From NCBI RefSeq assembly GCF_006345805.1, contig NC_043007.1, positions 12,648,001 through 12,712,000 on the forward strand: DNA of 64,000 nucleotides, written 5' to 3'. Under the pieces are notes generated by a model, which saw only the letters and a list, made by a program, of their open reading frames with translations, made no database searches and was not told the origin of the DNA. Origin of the DNA: Octopus sinensis. Lineage: Eukaryota. Of this stretch, positions 61,550 to 64,000 are shown piece by piece; the stretch's first letter is position 1, and the number at the start of each line of letters is the position of its first letter. The translations under genes were made by a program, and so were the position numbers.

Positions 61550-62368
61550 GTAAGTGTATTTGAATTTATCTGCTATTCCTGACACTACAGAGCAATACTT
61601 TCTTTCAGCTGCACGGACACCAGTTGACTACAGACCTAACAACCTATACACACCCCTTTCTACTGCAATTACATTTTTTTTTCTTTGATTTGCACTCCAC
61701 CATTTAATGGGTTTTTTTTTTCTTTCTGGAACTATTAGTACGGTTCATTACTGGCAATGGAAGAAGCGTTCTTTTCAAACAGTATCACTGCTGAATGATT
61801 TTCATCTGTTATTGATATTCTTCTATGCTTTTTAGAACTAGATGTCTATACAAGATGCTTTCTTTAGACAAATACCACAGTTTTGTGGCTTTCTATTGTA
61901 TATCCGCGTTAAGATATACTGAATGCTATTAGTACTATGTTTTTTGTTAGTCTGAAAATTCAGTGAAGCAGTTTTTTTTTAATACTGAGGATCATATAGT
62001 TTGCTGGTTTTGTTTGTCCGTTTCACATCTCCTTTTTCCATGCTAGAATGGGCTAGACAAATGTATTATTGAGGCATTGCTTTACAGTCTCATGCCCTTC
62101 CTGTCACTAACCCTTATCTAATTTTCAAGTAAAGGACCTTTTATTTCACAAATCTTCAAAGGAGTGGATAATTTCTTGACAGGAGACATGGCAACAACAA
62201 TGCTCATTGCTTTTGTAGAACGCAGATGTAAACAAACACACACACAGCTTTGGTCAGCTCAGAATGATATTAGAAGACACTTGACTTAGATGCCTTTTAG
62301 TAAGACAAAGCAGAAGTCCTGTGGTTGGAAAGCAAACCCACACTTGCCTACTTACTGAAGTATAAATA

Positions 62369-62749
62369 GGCGCAGGAGTGGCTGTGTGGTAAGTAGCTTG
62401 CTTACCAACCACATGGTTGCGTGGCACCTTGGGCAAGTGTCTTCTACTATAGCCTCGGGCCAACCAAAGTCTTGTGAGTGGATTTGGTAGACAGAAACTG
62501 AAAGAAGCCCGTCGTATATATGTATATATATGTGTGTGTGTATATGTTTGTGTGTCTGTGTTTGTCCCCCAACATTGCTTGACAACCGATGGCGGTATGT
62601 TTACATCCCCGTAACTTAGCGGTTCGGCAAAAGAGACCGATAGAATAAGTACTAGGCTTCCAAAGAATAAGTCCTGGGGGTCGATTTGCTCGATTAAAGG
62701 CGGTTCTCCAGCATAGTCACAGTCGAATGACTGAAATAAGTAAAAGAGT
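62369..62749 (+). mobile_element. SINE family A
   Basis: Copy with the B-box region deleted; an older diverged copy lies at ~63595-63920. Confidence 0.86.
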
Positions 62750-64000
62750 CTCTGTGGTTTTACATAGGTATAGATTTTTATGTAGTTGCTCTCATTAACA
62801 CTGGTCCTTTACTTTGGTATATAGTATATTTATTCTGAATAATTTTTTAAAACTTTTCTCCCCCAAGGTCCAAAAGTATATAACAGCTGCATATTTTATT
62901 CCATACTGGCATGAGACGGACTAAACTAGAGAAGGCAATAGTTTGTGGTCTCATACTCTTCCTGACTTCAGTTCTTGTTTTGAAGCACATCTTTTATACC
63001 ACAACTTCATATGAACTACTGAGCTTTTGAACCTTTGTGTTTACAAGGAACATAAACATTGTCTCTGGCAGCTGAACAATGTTAGTGCAAAGAAACAAAG
63101 CTATAAACACACACACACACATACATTCGTTAGTCTTGATAGAGGCAAATTCTAATTGTATACTAAAAGAAAGGCTAATATTTAATTATTTTATTACAGT
63201 TTAGGAAATATGTCATTGGTTAAAGATTTCCAATAAGCCAATCATGCTATCCTGGGCTCCTAACAATGAGTGTTCAGAAGGGTGCTACTAGTTCTTCAAT
63301 TTTTTTACCTATGTTTTAAAAAGATTCGAGTAAGGTCGTTGCTAGTGCCGCCTGATTGGCCCCGTGCCGGTGGCACATAAAAAGCACCTACTACACTCTC
63401 GCAGTGGTTGGTGTTAGGAAGGGCATCCAGCTGTAGAAACTCTGCCAGATTAAGATTGAAGCCTGGTGCAGCCATCTGGTTCGCCAGTCCTCAGTCAAAA
63501 TCGTCCAACCCATGCTAGCATGGAAAGCGGACGTTAAACGATGATGATGATGATATTTAAAACCTTTGCTGATATACTTTGTTGAATACTGTCTGTGTGT
63601 GTAGTGGCCATGTGGTTAAGAAGTTTGCTTTGCAACCACATGGTTTCTGGTTCACTCCTGTTGTATGACCCCTTGGATGAGTGTCTTCTTGTAAGACCGC
63701 GAGGTGACCAGTATCCTGTGAATGAAGTTGGTCAACTCAAACCATACCCAACACCCCAACTCGATAGTCAGTGTTGGTTTGCTCATGTACATTTAACTTA
63801 GCAGTTCAGCAAAAGAGACCAATGGAATAAAGAGCAGGCTGGAGTGATCAACTAAGCCCTTCACAGTGGTGGCCCCAACATGGCTGCAGTCCAATAACTG
63901 AAACAAACAAAAGAATAAAAGAAATGTGTGTGTGTATGTATGAGGTGCCAGTTGAGCTTTGTGGTTAATAAGTTCACTTCCTAACTGCGTGGTTTCAGGT

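Overview
AT-rich, repeat-saturated eukaryotic DNA; the SINE, LINE and MITE repertoire points to an octopus (coleoid cephalopod) genome, which is my inference. The one host gene is a + strand PACSIN/syndapin. Six coding exons (14897-15104, 47999-48198, 54279-54416, 57398-57523, 60152-60252, 61429-61549) splice in frame through GT-AG sites into 298 codons covering the F-BAR domain. The 5' non-coding exon(s) were not located, and the NPF/SH3 exons lie beyond the window. The introns, especially the 32.9 kb first one, hold several tRNA-derived SINE families, a young 5'-truncated CR1-clade LINE with an intact RT ORF, RTE and CR1 remnants, piggyBac-, hAT- and pogo-type MITEs and non-autonomous Helitrons. 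Most notable: (i) a candidate 15-nt frame-preserving microexon at 16474-16488; (ii) several minimal type-I hammerhead-ribozyme-like motifs with palindromic stem III in short Penelope-like repeats; (iii) a ~460-nt near-perfect hairpin whose fold-back point sits in a hammerhead stem II; (iv) a clean Helitron-into-MITE insertion and apparent end-swapping among the Helitron families. All calls are by eye; no searches or folding programs were run.
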